From positions 48,954 to 112,953 of the forward strand of contig DASVEE010000015.1 of the NCBI GenBank assembly GCA_036380735.1: a stretch of DNA of 64,000 nt. The letters run 5' to 3'. Positions 1 through 12,043 of the stretch are shown piece by piece. Each line of letters starts with the position of its first letter. Position 1 is the stretch's first letter. Source of the stretch: Thermoanaerobaculia bacterium (GTDB lineage Bacteria > Acidobacteriota > Thermoanaerobaculia > Gp7-AA8). Below the pieces are notes generated by a model that searched no databases, was not told the DNA's origin, and saw only the letters and a list, made by a program, of their open reading frames with translations. A program made the translations under genes and the position numbers.

Positions 1-190
1 CCACACATCGACCGGACCCGCCGGGCCACCACGATCGATATCCCGACACATCGACGGAGACGGCGGCGCTGCCGTTGACAGCGGATCGGCCTTCGTCATC
101 GATACCCTGCCCATCGAGGGCTCGTGCCGGGCGGCGTCGCTCGATGTCCGGCCCCGTCACGGGCGCGCGATCTTCGGGCATCATAGACAA

Positions 191-784
191 ATGTCCAGTG
201 ATGATCGGCAGACCTCTGTTCGTCGTTCCCAGTCCGTCGTGGCGGATGACACGCCGGCAGCTTCGCCCGCGGCCAGTCTGGATCTCGTGCACGCGGCTCC
301 GCCGGCGCTCGCGGAGCCGGAGATGCTCGTCAAGGGGCTGCGCCAGTTGCAGCGGCGCATCCCTGAGTTCACGCAACTGACGCTGCAGGAAAAGCAGTCG
401 CGCGCACGAGTCGCGAACCTCGATCCTGCTTTCATCGAGAGTGGCCTGCACGCCGCCGAAGCCTGGCCGGACAGCCAGCACTTCATGGGCCGAACGGCCG
501 AGGAGCTGCGGGAGGAAGAGGCGGAGATCCGCCGGTGGGACGCGGTGGTCGTGGAGTTCCGCGCGATCACCGACGGCATCGCCGCCGCGAACCTCAAACG
601 GAAGCACCGCCTCGGCACGACCATCCTGGACATCTACTACAGGCTCGGCAGTCACCTCCGGCGTCATAGCGACCCCGAGGATGTGCCCCTGCGTCCCTAT
701 TACGAGAACATGAAACGGGCGTATCAGCAGTCGCAGCGCCCGCGGAAGCGTAAGAAGAAGGAAGAACCGGGCGGGGACCGATAG
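191..784 (+). CDS. hypothetical protein
   Basis: 197-aa ORF with a basic C-terminus (RPRKRKKKEE) and no recognisable motifs; sits just upstream of the histidine kinase. Confidence 0.4.
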   Translation: MSSDDRQTSVRRSQSVVADDTPAASPAASLDLVHAAPPALAEPEMLVKGLRQLQRRIPEFTQLTLQEKQSRARVANLDPAFIESGLHAAEAWPDSQHFMGRTAEELREEEAEIRRWDAVVVEFRAITDGIAAANLKRKHRLGTTILDIYYRLGSHLRRHSDPEDVPLRPYYENMKRAYQQSQRPRKRKKKEEPGGDR

Positions 785-886
785 GACGAATGGGACCTAT
801 GGGACAAATAGGACGAATGGGACAGCAGCGCTGCGGCCTTGTCCTATCCGTCCTATAAGTCCCATCCGTCCTGTCCGTCCCATCGT
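774..886. repeat. Tandem-repeat-armed hairpin element (GGACnnATN / GTCCTAT-type 8-9-nt units), core CAGCGCTGCGG
   Basis: Left arm ataggacgaatgggacctatgggacaaataggacgaatgggacag, right arm gtcctatccgtcctataagtcccatccgtcctgtccgtcccatcg. Confidence 0.8.
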
Positions 887-921
887 GCTTTGCGCATCCC
901 GTCCCCGTCGTTGGCGCGTCG

Positions 922-2100
922 TTGATCCCGGCTTCACACGCGCCCGCTAATGTCGGCGGCGTGACGGATTTCCCCATCATCGGCGCGCTGGTTACGAACC
1001 ACCGCGCCTTCGTACCGCAGACGCCGGTGCCGACCGTGGCCGCGGAGTTCTCGCGCGATCCGCAGCTCGAGGCCGTGGCCATCGTCGACGGCGCGAAGCC
1101 GGCCGGGCTCGTGACTCGCGGCAAGTTCCTCTCCACGGTGTACCGCCAGTTCGGCTGGGAGATCTACCAGCGCAAGACGATCGCGGCGGTCGCCGAAAAG
1201 GCGCCGCTCGTGCTGCCCGACTGGTCGCGCCTCGACGCGGCGCTCAATCTCGCACTGCAACGGCAGTCGCAGGACCTGTATGACGAAGTGGTCGTCATCC
1301 GCGATGATGGCTCTTTCGCAGGGCTGCTGTCCGTGCGGCAGATGGTGCTGCAGCAGTCGCAGGCGCTGGCCACCGCCATCGTGCAGAAAGAGCTGGCCAC
1401 GGTGCGGGCGCAGGAGCTCGAAGAAGTCGGCCGCATCAAGTCGCAGTTCCTGGCGAACGTGACGCACGAGCTGCGATCGCCGGTGAACGCCATCATCGAG
1501 CTGGCGGAGCTGCTGCGCATGAAGCCCGATGAGCACCGCCTGTCGCTGCTCACCTCCTGCGCCACCAATCTGCGCAGCGTCATCAACAACATGCTGGAGC
1601 TGTCGAAGATCGAGGCGGGCAAGATGCGCGTGGTGAACGACCAGTTCGACCTCGTGCCGCTCCTGCACGAGGTCGCGGAGACGGCGCGCGTGCTCGCCGG
1701 CCGCAAACCGGTCGAGGTCCTCGTCTCCACCGGCGGCCGGACCGTGCCGGTCGTCTCCGACGAGGTGAAGGTGCGGCAGATCGTGCTCAACCTCGCCAGC
1801 AACGCGGTGAAGTTCACCGACGCCGGCCGCATCGTCCTGCAGCAGACCAGTATCGAAGACACCGTAGCGATCGCCGTCATCGACACCGGCATCGGCATCC
1901 GTCCGGACGATCTGGCGAAACTCTTCCTCCCGTTCTCGCAGCTCGAAGACGCCCACACCAAGACGCGCGAAGGCACCGGTCTCGGACTGGCCATCGTCCG
2001 GGAGCTCGCCCAGCTCCTCGGCGGCCGCGTGGCCGTCGAGAGCCGTCATGGCCACGGCAGCCGTTTCACGCTTCACCTACCGAAGGAGATTCCGCAATGA
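922..2100 (+). CDS. Sensor histidine kinase, cytoplasmic, with CBS-like N-terminal sensor region
   Basis: HisKA H-box (FLANVTHELRSPVNAI) and HATPase_c G-boxes (GTGLGLAIVRELAQLLGG); no transmembrane segment; stop overlaps the start of the downstream receiver gene (ATGA). The true start may differ. Confidence 0.85.
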   Translation: MIPASHAPANVGGVTDFPIIGALVTNHRAFVPQTPVPTVAAEFSRDPQLEAVAIVDGAKPAGLVTRGKFLSTVYRQFGWEIYQRKTIAAVAEKAPLVLPDWSRLDAALNLALQRQSQDLYDEVVVIRDDGSFAGLLSVRQMVLQQSQALATAIVQKELATVRAQELEEVGRIKSQFLANVTHELRSPVNAIIELAELLRMKPDEHRLSLLTSCATNLRSVINNMLELSKIEAGKMRVVNDQFDLVPLLHEVAETARVLAGRKPVEVLVSTGGRTVPVVSDEVKVRQIVLNLASNAVKFTDAGRIVLQQTSIEDTVAIAVIDTGIGIRPDDLAKLFLPFSQLEDAHTKTREGTGLGLAIVRELAQLLGGRVAVESRHGHGSRFTLHLPKEIPQ

Positions 2101-2465
2101 TCCGTCAGCGCATTCTCGTCATCGACGACGACCCGGCTCACCTCGATTCCACCCGCGGCATTCTGGAGGCCGAGGGGTATGAGGTGGCGACGCACGACCA
2201 GCCGTTCGGCTCGACCAACGCCATCGTCAAGTTCCAGCCCGACCTCGTCCTGCTCGACGTGAACATGCCCGGCCTGTCGGGCGACAAGCTCGCGGACGTT
2301 TACCGCGCGAACGCCCGGACGCGGAGCACGCGCGTGATGCTCTATTCGTCGAACGACGAAGATGCGTTGCGTGAGGCGTCGAAGCGCCTGCAGCTCGACG
2401 GCTACATCTGCAAGGGGAGCCCGGCCACGCTGCGTATCCGGGTGGCGTCGGTGCTCTCGCGCTGA
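2097..2465 (+). CDS. Response regulator, single receiver domain (CheY-like)
   Basis: ILVIDDDP...D...LLDVNMPGLSG receiver motifs; 122 aa; translationally coupled to the kinase. Confidence 0.85.
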   Translation: MIRQRILVIDDDPAHLDSTRGILEAEGYEVATHDQPFGSTNAIVKFQPDLVLLDVNMPGLSGDKLADVYRANARTRSTRVMLYSSNDEDALREASKRLQLDGYICKGSPATLRIRVASVLSR

Positions 2466-2469
2466 TCTG

Positions 2470-3048
2470 CTACCCGTGCAGCGCCGTCAGCTTCATGTAG
2501 TCGATCCAGACCGGCAGCAGCTTGTCCATGCGGGCGCGGAGGGCCGCGGCGGCGCCGGGGGTCAGGGTGGTGAAGGGGTCCTGGGCCAGGCGTTCCTTCG
2601 CGGCCGGGTCGGTGACGCGGGTGAGGTCCATCTCCAGCGGGCCGTCGATCTTGCCCTGGAAGTCGAGGGTCTCGAAGACGTGGTTCACGGCTTCGCGGGT
2701 GCGGCGGTAGCGGGCCTCGTCGATGGAGGCGGCTTTGGCGGCGGCAGGGATGGTGTGGTCTTCCCACTCCTGCTGGGCGGCGGCGCCGCGCTCGGCCGGC
2801 GTGGCGGCGTTCGCGCCGCGCTCTCGCGCTGCCTTGACCAGCGCGATCTCCTGGGTCAGGCCGCGCTCGTAGAGGTCGAGGTCGGCGGCGGTGAAGTCGG
2901 CCGGGCCGGCCGTGGGCGCAGCGCTCTCTGCGGACGAGGCGGCGGCGGTGGTTTCCTCCGGCGCGGCGCCGTTGGTGGTGTCGGTTTTCGATTCGGCGCC
3001 GCCGCACATGACGGCCAGGAAGGGCAGCAGCAGGATGAGGCGTTTCAT
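2470..3048 (-). CDS. Putative lipoprotein, unknown function
   Basis: Signal peptide plus lipobox (LLLPFLAVMCGG), then a low-complexity Ala/Thr-rich linker. Confidence 0.5.
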   Translation of the reverse strand: MKRLILLLPFLAVMCGGAESKTDTTNGAAPEETTAAASSAESAAPTAGPADFTAADLDLYERGLTQEIALVKAARERGANAATPAERGAAAQQEWEDHTIPAAAKAASIDEARYRRTREAVNHVFETLDFQGKIDGPLEMDLTRVTDPAAKERLAQDPFTTLTPGAAAALRARMDKLLPVWIDYMKLTALHG

Positions 3049-3081
3049 GGCGCCATTATCCGCGAACGCGACGGCGTCCTG

Positions 3082-3486
3082 TCAGGGCAGCGGCGGTTCG
3101 GTGGCCTTCAGCTCGGCCGAGGCGTTGAGCTCGGCGGTGGTCTCCGCGATGAGGACGTTGATGTCGAACGGCTTCTCGATGAAGCGCGCCACCGGGGGAC
3201 ACACCTTCTCCAGGGCGCTGGCGCCGAAGGCTGTCATCACGATCACGTGGGCCAGCTTCTCCGGATGGTGCTCGGTGAGGTACTTCACGACGCCGTAGCC
3301 GTCGATGCGCGGCATCATGAGGTCGAGCACGACGAGGTCGTAGTCGTACGCCAGGATCTTCTCGATGGCCTCGGCACCGTCGCGGGCCGAATCCACCTCG
3401 AAGTCCTGCCGGGCCAGGATGCGCGAGACCAGAATCCGGATCCCCGCATCGTCATCCACTACCAGCACCCGGCGCTTCGCGCTCAT
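3082..3486 (-). CDS. Response regulator, single receiver domain
   Basis: RRVLVVDDDAGIR...DLVVLDLMMP receiver motifs; start taken at the internal Met (MSAKRR). Confidence 0.8.
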   Translation of the reverse strand: MSAKRRVLVVDDDAGIRILVSRILARQDFEVDSARDGAEAIEKILAYDYDLVVLDLMMPRIDGYGVVKYLTEHHPEKLAHVIVMTAFGASALEKVCPPVARFIEKPFDINVLIAETTAELNASAELKATEPPLP

Positions 3487-3637
3487 GGCCACACCCCCCC
3501 GGAGACACCCCTGCCAGTACACCGCGCATTACTACGAGAGGACATTCCAGGGATCGACTTAGCAACGGCACTGCCAAGGTGCACAGGGAAAGCGGCAGAT
3601 GGGGGGTATGAATAAAAAATGACACCAAAGAGAACGA

Positions 3638-3758
3638 GAGGACGAATAGGACAGATAGGACGAATAGGACCTATAGGACCGCCGCCCAAACCCCGCGCGG
3701 AACTGCCCATGGGACCCCGGTGTCCTATTGGTCCTATGGGTCCTATTCGTCCTATCGT
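3638..3758. repeat. Tandem-repeat-armed hairpin element (GAATAGGAC 9-mer arms)
   Basis: gaggacgaataggacagataggacgaataggacctataggac ... gtcctattggtcctatgggtcctattcgtcctatcgttcc. Confidence 0.8.
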
Positions 3759-3855
3759 TCCCCCTTCCCCCAAACCGGAACAATCGTTCGGTCTCCCCGG
3801 TTGATAAAGCCGTACCGATTTGGTACTGTTTCGCTCCTTCTGCCGCGGACTGACC

Positions 3856-4325
3856 ATGCTGAAGATCTCTAAACTCACGGATTACGGCCTGCTGGCTGCT
3901 GTCTACCTCGCCAAAAAAACCGGCGAAGTGGTGGCCGCTCGGGAGATTGCCGAGTTCTACCATCTGCCGGCCCCGGCGGTGACGAAGGTGCTGAAGACGC
4001 TCCATGCGGGCGGTCTCGTCCATTCGCACCGCGGCGTCGGCGGCGGTTATTCTTTTGATGGCGACGCCGAGCTCGTCACGCTCGGCCAGCTCATCGAAGT
4101 CCTCGAAGGACCGTGGGATCTCGTCGAGTGCGAGTCCGTCGACGATACCGGTCACGCGGTCTGCGCGATCCGGGTCGCCTGCCCCTCGCGGCGCTTTCTC
4201 TCCGGGATCAACCGCGCCATCAAGGGCGCCTTCGATCAGGTCACCCTCGGCGACCTCACGCGCGGCAGCATGCCGTTCACCGTCATCGACAAGCAGCGCC
4301 TCAACGGCGCGGAGTCCTCCATCTC

Positions 4326-4329
<4 letters not shown>
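3856..4329 (+). CDS. Rrf2-family transcriptional regulator (IscR/SufR-like), likely regulator of the suf operon
   Basis: [19 protein letters not shown]... Rrf2 helix-turn-helix; three Cys ([12 protein letters not shown]) as in Fe-S-binding Rrf2 regulators; immediately upstream of and overlapping sufB. Confidence 0.75.
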
Positions 4330-5768
<1,439 letters not shown>

Positions 5769-5777
5769 GAAAGAACA

Positions 5778-6535
<758 letters not shown>

Positions 6536-6539
<4 letters not shown>

Positions 6540-7744
6540 CGACCGCCCTCACCAACGAACTGATGAACGATCTTCGCGAGCGGGGAGCGGAGCGCTTCTC
6601 GCAGCTCGGCTGGCCGACGACGCGCATCGAGGAATGGCGCTACACGAACCTGGCGAACGTCGCCAAGGTGGCGTGGCGCAGCGATGACGCGCCGAAAGTG
6701 ATCGAGACGCCGGCGACGCTGGCGGGTCGCGCGACCGTCGAGCTGCTCTTCGTCAACGGACGCCTCGTGCGCACGACGGGCGAAGCGCTGCAGCCGGTCG
6801 AGGCCGAGCGCATCGGCAGCGTCGCGGACTTCGAGAGCCACGCCATGATCGCGCTCAACGCCGCGGAGATGCAGGACGGCGCGCGCTTCCGCGTGCCGGA
6901 CAACGCGGTCGTCGACGGCTTCATCCATCTCCTGTTCGTCGGCAGCGGCGACGGGATCTGGTCGCATCCGCGCAACGTCATCGACGTCGGGCGGAACGCG
7001 CAGGTGCGCATCGTCGAGACCTACGTCGGCAGCGGTGAGTACTTCACGAACGCCGTGACGGAGCTGCTCGCCGCCGAAGGCGCCGTCGTCGATTACACGA
7101 AGGTGGTGTGCGAGGCGGAGAGCGCCACGCACGTCGGCAGCGTGCACGTGCGGCAGGAGCGCTCGTCGAGCGTGACGCTGCACAACATGTCGATCGGCGG
7201 CGCGCTGATCCGCAACGACGTCTACGCGGCCCTGACCGGTGAGGGCGCGAGCGTCGCGCTCGAAGGCCTCTTCGCCGGCGCCGGGAAGCAGCACATCGAC
7301 AACCACACCGTCATCGATCACGTCAGCCCGCACTGCGACAGCCTGGAGCTCTACAAGGGCGTCCTCGACGACCAGGCGCGCGGCGTGTTCGACGGGCGCA
7401 TCATCGTCCGTCCGAACGCCTCGAAGACGGCCTCGAAGCAGTCGAACCACAACCTCCTGCTGTCGGAAACGGCGATCGTCGATTCGAAGCCGACGCTGGA
7501 GATCCACAACGACGACGTGAAGTGCAACCACGGCTCGACGATCGGACAGATCGACGAGGAAGCGCTCTTCTACCTCCGCTCGCGCGGCATCGGCGAGGCG
7601 GAAGCACGCAACCTCCTGGTCTACGCCTTCGCGGCCGAAGTCGTCGACCGCATCAAGATCGAGCCGGTGCGCGAGCAGATCCGGCGCGCGTTGTTCCGCG
7701 CGATTCCGGCGCGCCTGCCGGAGCGCAGGGGAGGTCCACGATGA
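6536..7744 (+). CDS. sufD: Fe-S cluster assembly protein SufD
   Basis: SufB paralog lacking the Cys-rich region, positioned between sufC and sufS; stops and starts overlap. Confidence 0.8.
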
Positions 7745-8985
7745 GCAGCGTTCTCGAACAGAGTGTGACGTACGACGTCGAAGCGATCCGCCGCGACTTT
7801 CCGATCCTCGGCGAACCGATTCACGGCAAGCCGCTCGTCTATCTCGACAACGCCAACACGACGCAGAAGCCGTCGGCGGTGATCGAGCGCATCGACCACT
7901 ACTACCGTCACGAGAACTCCAACGTGCACCGCGGCGTGCATTACCTCTCCGAGGTGGCGACGGCGCAGTACGAAGGGGCGCGGACGACGGTGCGCCGCTT
8001 CATCAACGCCCGCGACGAGAAAGAGATCGTCTTCACGCGCGGCACCACGGAGTCGATCAACCTCGTGGCGCAGACGTGGGGACGCCGCCACATCGGCGAA
8101 GGGGACGAGATCCTCATCTCCGCGATCGAGCACCACTCGAACATCGTGCCGTGGCAGATGCTCTGCCAGGAGAAGGGCGCGACGCTGCGCGTGATCCCGG
8201 TGAGCGACGAAGGGGAACTGCTCCTCGAGGAGTACGAGCGGCTGCTGAATCCGCGCGTGAAGCTGGTTGCCATCGGCCATGCGTCGAACGCGCTCGGCAC
8301 CATCAATCCGCTGGCGCGCATGATCCCGCTGGCGCACGCGAACGGCTCGCTCGTCCTCGTCGACGGCGCGCAGGGCGTGCCGCACATGACGGTCGACGTG
8401 CAGGCGCTCGACTGCGACTTCTACGCGTTCTCCGCGCACAAGGTGTACGGGCCCACCGGCACCGGTGTGCTGTACGGTAAGGAAGCGCTGCTCGAGGCGA
8501 TGCCTCCGTGGCAGGCGGGCGGCGACATGATCCTCTCCGTCACGTTCGAGAAGACGACGTACAACGCGCTGCCGTACAAGTTCGAAGCGGGCACGCCGAA
8601 CATTCAGGGCGTCATCGCTCTCGGTGCCGCGCTCGATTACGTGAGCGGCGTCGGGCTCGACGCGATCGCCGCGTACGAGAACGAGGTGCAGCAGTACGCG
8701 ACCGCGCGGCTGCGCGAGGTCGACGGCGTCCGCCTCATCGGCACGGCGAAACAGAAAGCGGCGGTGATCTCCTTCGTCCTCGAGGGCGTGCATCCGCACG
8801 ACATCGGCACGATCCTGGATAAGGAAGGGATCGCCATCCGTACCGGGCACCACTGCGCGCAGCCGCTGATGATGCGCTTCAAGGTGCCGGCGACGGTGCG
8901 CGCGTCGTTCGGGCTGTACAACACGAAGGAAGAGGCCGATGCGCTCGTCGCCGGCCTCCACAAAGTCGTCGAGGTATTTCGCTGA
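7741..8985 (+). CDS. sufS: Cysteine desulfurase SufS (class II aminotransferase, PLP-dependent)
   Basis: MSSVLEQ... start overlapping the sufD stop; PLP-lysine context (FYAFSAHKVYGPTG) and active-site Cys (RTGHHCAQ). Confidence 0.9.
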   Translation: MSSVLEQSVTYDVEAIRRDFPILGEPIHGKPLVYLDNANTTQKPSAVIERIDHYYRHENSNVHRGVHYLSEVATAQYEGARTTVRRFINARDEKEIVFTRGTTESINLVAQTWGRRHIGEGDEILISAIEHHSNIVPWQMLCQEKGATLRVIPVSDEGELLLEEYERLLNPRVKLVAIGHASNALGTINPLARMIPLAHANGSLVLVDGAQGVPHMTVDVQALDCDFYAFSAHKVYGPTGTGVLYGKEALLEAMPPWQAGGDMILSVTFEKTTYNALPYKFEAGTPNIQGVIALGAALDYVSGVGLDAIAAYENEVQQYATARLREVDGVRLIGTAKQKAAVISFVLEGVHPHDIGTILDKEGIAIRTGHHCAQPLMMRFKVPATVRASFGLYNTKEEADALVAGLHKVVEVFR

Positions 8986-9437
8986 TGTCGTCGGACTTAC
9001 GGGAGCTGTACCAGCAGGTCATCCTCGATCACAACCGCAATCCGCGGAACTACCGTGAGATGGCGGACGCGACGCGCCGCATCGAGGGCTACAACCCTCT
9101 CTGCGGCGATCACTACACGGTGTTCCTGAGCCTCGAGGGCGACACGATCCGCGAAGTCTCCTTCACCGGCAGCGGTTGCGCCATCTCCAAAGCCTCCGCC
9201 TCGGTCATGAGCACGACGGTGAAGGGGAAGACGAAGGAAGAGGCGACGCGCCTCTTCGACACGTTCCACCGCCTCGTCACCGGCGACGCGAGCGGACTGA
9301 GCGCGGCAGATCTCGGCCGCCTCGCGGCGTTCTCAGGAGTGAGCGAGTTCCCCGCGCGCGTCAAGTGCGCGACGCTCGCCTGGCATACGCTCCGCACCGC
9401 CCTCGATGGGGATGCAGAGAGCGTGAGTACGGAGTGA
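8985..9437 (+). CDS. sufU: Zn-dependent sulfur transferase SufU (IscU/NifU-like)
   Basis: NPLCGD...GSGCAIS...C motifs typical of SufU/IscU. Confidence 0.85.
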   Translation: MSSDLRELYQQVILDHNRNPRNYREMADATRRIEGYNPLCGDHYTVFLSLEGDTIREVSFTGSGCAISKASASVMSTTVKGKTKEEATRLFDTFHRLVTGDASGLSAADLGRLAAFSGVSEFPARVKCATLAWHTLRTALDGDAESVSTE

Positions 9438-9515
9438 GGCTGTTTTCGGTTGTTGGTTTTCGGTTGTTGGTTAAAAGCCAAACCGAAAACCAACAACCGA
9501 AATCCGAAAACCAAC
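9438..9515. repeat. Tandem-repeat-armed hairpin element (GGTTTTC/GGTTGTT heptamer arms) between sufU and sufT
   Basis: ggctgttttcggttgttggttttcggttgttgg-ttaaaagcc-aaaccgaaaaccaacaaccgaaatccgaaaaccaac; ends 1 nt before the sufT ATG. Confidence 0.85.
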
Positions 9516-9516
9516 T

Positions 9517-10065
9517 ATGCGCGAAGAAGTCGAATTCAACCGCAACACCGAAGCCATCATGATCCCCAGCGGTGAGCGTGTCCTGGTCCCGAAAGGGGCG
9601 CAGGGAACGATCACGCAGGCTCTCGGCGGCACGTACACGCTCATCACGGACCGCGGCCTCATGGTCCGCATCTCCGGCCGCGAAGTGGAAGCGATCGGCA
9701 AGACGCCGGTCGACGCCCCGGAAGTGCAGCCGTCGGAGCTGACCCCCGAGAAGCTCGAAGAGCTGATCTGGGACGCGCTCCGCACCTGCTTCGACCCCGA
9801 GATCCCGGTCAACATCGTCGACCTCGGCCTGGTCTATCTCTGCGAGCTCAATGACGTGGAAGAAGGCGTCCGCGACGTCCACATCAAGATGACCCTCACC
9901 GCCCCCGGCTGCGGCATGGGCCCGGTCCTCGCCGGCGACGTGAAGTCGAAAGTCGAAGCCATCCCCGGCATCCGCACCGCCGAAGTGGAAGTGGTCTTCG
10001 ACCCGGTGTGGGATCGCAGCATGATGTCCGATGCAGCGAAGCTGCAACTGGGCATGATGTGGTGA
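9517..10065 (+). CDS. sufT: Fe-S assembly protein SufT (DUF59/MIP18 family)
   Basis: FDPEIPVNIVDLGLVY...TLTAPGCGMG DUF59 signature with the SufT-type N-terminal extension; separated from sufU by a repeat hairpin. Confidence 0.75.
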   Translation: MREEVEFNRNTEAIMIPSGERVLVPKGAQGTITQALGGTYTLITDRGLMVRISGREVEAIGKTPVDAPEVQPSELTPEKLEELIWDALRTCFDPEIPVNIVDLGLVYLCELNDVEEGVRDVHIKMTLTAPGCGMGPVLAGDVKSKVEAIPGIRTAEVEVVFDPVWDRSMMSDAAKLQLGMMW

Positions 10066-10068
10066 GTA

Positions 10069-10170
10069 GGGCTCAGGGGTCAGGGCTCAGGGCTCAGGGG
10101 CTGCGCTACACGGACGATGACCGCGCATAGCGGAGCCCCCTGAGCCCTGGGCCCTGAGCCCTGGGCCCCC
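10069..10170. repeat. Tandem-repeat-armed hairpin element (GGGCTCA heptamer arms), core GGCTGCGCTACACGG...CCGCGCATAGCGGAGCC
   Basis: gggctcaggggtcagggctcagggctcagggg ... cccctgagccctgggccctgagccctgggccc. Confidence 0.85.
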
Positions 10171-10188
10171 GTCCGCTACAATGCCGCC

Positions 10189-10752
10189 ATGCCTTTTTGC
10201 GCCAACTGCGGTAGCTCCACGCCCGAAGTGTCTTACGCGCTCTGCCCGAGCTGCGGCAATCCTACGAACGGGGCGCCGCGGCCGATGACGTACTCCCCGG
10301 CGGCGCCGCGGCCGGGCGTCAGCAAGTGGGTGTTCGTCATCGTCGGGCTCTTCCTGCTGATCCCGTTCATGGGGATCGTCGCGGCGATCGCCATCCCGAA
10401 CTTCATGACCGCCATGCAGCGCTCGAAGCAGAAGCGCACGATGGCCGATATCCGCGGCGTCGCGATGAAGGTCGAGGAGTACGGGCTGAAGCACAACCGT
10501 TTTCCGGCCGATCTCGAGAGCGCCGGAATCACCGCGCCGAACGACGCCTGGATGCGGCCGCTCTGGTATACCTGCGTGCCGCAGGTGGAGTGCACCGGCT
10601 ATGCAATCGTGAGCATGGGCGCCGATGGCGCGCTCGAGCATGAGGACATCGCCGAGTATGTGGACGCAGGCGGGACGACGAACTTCAATTCCGACATCGT
10701 CTTCATCGATGGTAAGTTCGTGCAGTATCCCAACACAGTCCAGGTGGAGTAG
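10189..10752 (+). CDS. Zinc-ribbon protein fused to a membrane-anchored pseudopilin-like (GspG-like) domain, no prepilin cleavage motif
   Basis: N-terminal CxxC...CxxC (CANCGS...CPSCGN); TM helix then AIAIPNFMTAMQRSKQ and C-terminal ...IVSMGADG, resembling the GspG/pilin fold; lacks the G/FTLIE leader. Confidence 0.55.
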   Translation: MPFCANCGSSTPEVSYALCPSCGNPTNGAPRPMTYSPAAPRPGVSKWVFVIVGLFLLIPFMGIVAAIAIPNFMTAMQRSKQKRTMADIRGVAMKVEEYGLKHNRFPADLESAGITAPNDAWMRPLWYTCVPQVECTGYAIVSMGADGALEHEDIAEYVDAGGTTNFNSDIVFIDGKFVQYPNTVQVE

Positions 10753-10764
10753 GGAAGGAGAGAT

Positions 10765-11271
10765 ATGTACTGTACGAATTGCGGAAATGATCGTCCCGAC
10801 AATCATCAGCCGTGTCCCAACTGCGGGGCCGTGCCTCAGCATGTGCCGCCGGCATCGCAGCAGCAGTTCGGCTCGTCGCCACAGGAGTTTGGCCAGGTAG
10901 GCAATCCCCAGGGGCAGTACACGCCGCCTCCTCCGCCGTCGATCGGTGGACCGGGGTACGGCGGGCCGGGTGGTCCCGGGATGCCGGTGGGCACGAAGGT
11001 GCCGAACTACCTCATCTTCTCGATCATCATGACGATCTGCTGCTGCCCCCTCGGCTCGCCGTTCGGGATCGTGTCGATCATCTTCGGCGCGTCGGTGAAC
11101 AGCAAGCTCGCCGCGGGTGACTACGCCGGGGCGCAGAAGGCGTCGGCCAACGCGCGCCTGTGGCTGATCATCGGTCTGGTGGTCGCGCTGGCCGGGATGA
11201 TCCTCTCGTTCTTCATGGGTGGTTTCGAGGACATCACGCGGTTGATGAATGAAGGCGCTGCGAATCGCTAG
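10765..11271 (+). CDS. Zinc-ribbon / proline-rich / DUF4190 (CD225-like) membrane protein
   Basis: CTNCGN...CPNCGA zinc ribbon, PPPPPS proline tract, then two-TM IFSIIMTICCCPLGSPFGIVSIIFG...LIIGLVVALAG region typical of DUF4190. Confidence 0.55.
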   Translation: MYCTNCGNDRPDNHQPCPNCGAVPQHVPPASQQQFGSSPQEFGQVGNPQGQYTPPPPPSIGGPGYGGPGGPGMPVGTKVPNYLIFSIIMTICCCPLGSPFGIVSIIFGASVNSKLAAGDYAGAQKASANARLWLIIGLVVALAGMILSFFMGGFEDITRLMNEGAANR

Positions 11272-11626
11272 CGTTGCGGCGGCCGCCCTCGTGGCGGCCG
11301 CCGGCGCGTGGGTGCTGTACCACAACGAACCGACGACCGCCGGGTTCTTCCCGGCGTGTCTATTCCGAAAGCTGACCGGCCTGGATTGCCCCGGCTGCGG
11401 CATGACGCGCGGCCTCTATCATCTGCTGCATGGGCACGTCTGGACGGCGTTCCGCTTCAACCCGCTGATGTTCGTGCTGCTGCCGCTCGTCCTGGGCGGC
11501 GGCACGATCGCCCTCCTGCGCGGTGAGCCACCCGCGCTGACGCGCAAGCCGTGGTTCGGCTGGACGGTGCTGTCGCTGATCTCGGTGTTCTGGGTGGTGC
11601 GGAACACGCCGTTGTGGCCGTTCTGA
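11249..11626 (+). CDS. DUF2752-family membrane protein
   Basis: LTGLDCPGCGMTRGLYHLLHG motif characteristic of DUF2752. Confidence 0.55.
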   Translation: MKALRIASVAAAALVAAAGAWVLYHNEPTTAGFFPACLFRKLTGLDCPGCGMTRGLYHLLHGHVWTAFRFNPLMFVLLPLVLGGGTIALLRGEPPALTRKPWFGWTVLSLISVFWVVRNTPLWPF

Positions 11627-11680
11627 CGGGCACCAGTGAAGAAAAAAGGGGACGGACCCGCGGCCCGTCCCCACATGCTG

Positions 11681-12034
11681 CTAGCGGTGGTCGTTGAAGA
11701 ACGTCCAGTCACCGACCGGGTGTCCCTGCTGAAGCTGCTGCGCCTGCAGGTAGCCGTCGATGGCTGCCACGATGCTGACCAGACCACTGACCGTGCCGAA
11801 GGTGCACAGGCCGAGGACCCACGCCACGATGGCGACGATGCCCTTGGTCTTCTGTCCCATGATCAGGTAGCCCACCCCGCCGAGTACCAGCAGGTTGAGC
11901 ACGAGCACGAGAATCGGATCCTTGGGTGGCTGCGTCGGGTAAACGAGACCACCACCGCTGGGCGGCGGCGGAACCGGCGAGCCGCCGGACGGCGGCGGCG
12001 GGGTGTACGAACCTCCGGGAGTTGTGTTCGACAT
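11681..12034 (-). CDS. Proline-rich small membrane protein (TM2/NINE-like)
   Basis: GGSYTPPPPSGGSPVPPPPSGGG N-terminus, then two TM helices (ILVLVLNLLVLGGVGYLIMG...IVAIVAWVLGL). Confidence 0.5.
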   Translation of the reverse strand: MSNTTPGGSYTPPPPSGGSPVPPPPSGGGLVYPTQPPKDPILVLVLNLLVLGGVGYLIMGQKTKGIVAIVAWVLGLCTFGTVSGLVSIVAAIDGYLQAQQLQQGHPVGDWTFFNDHR

Positions 12035-12043
12035 TGATCCTCC

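Noticed and set aside
3483-3878. Collagen-like or repeat peptides (GPIGPIGRIG..., TDNGPRTTDN...) in ORFs 3483..3878-, 3619..3804+, 594..1136-, 55373..56797- and at the N-termini of several real genes.
   Set aside because: These are translations of the GTCCTAT or heptamer repeat arrays, not protein repeats. I trimmed gene starts to lie downstream of the arrays where a plausible start exists.
10087-11403. The 438-aa minus-strand ORF spanning a hairpin element and three plus-strand genes.
   Set aside because: It runs antisense through the zinc-ribbon, DUF4190 and DUF2752 genes and through a repeat, and it has no motifs. It is spurious.
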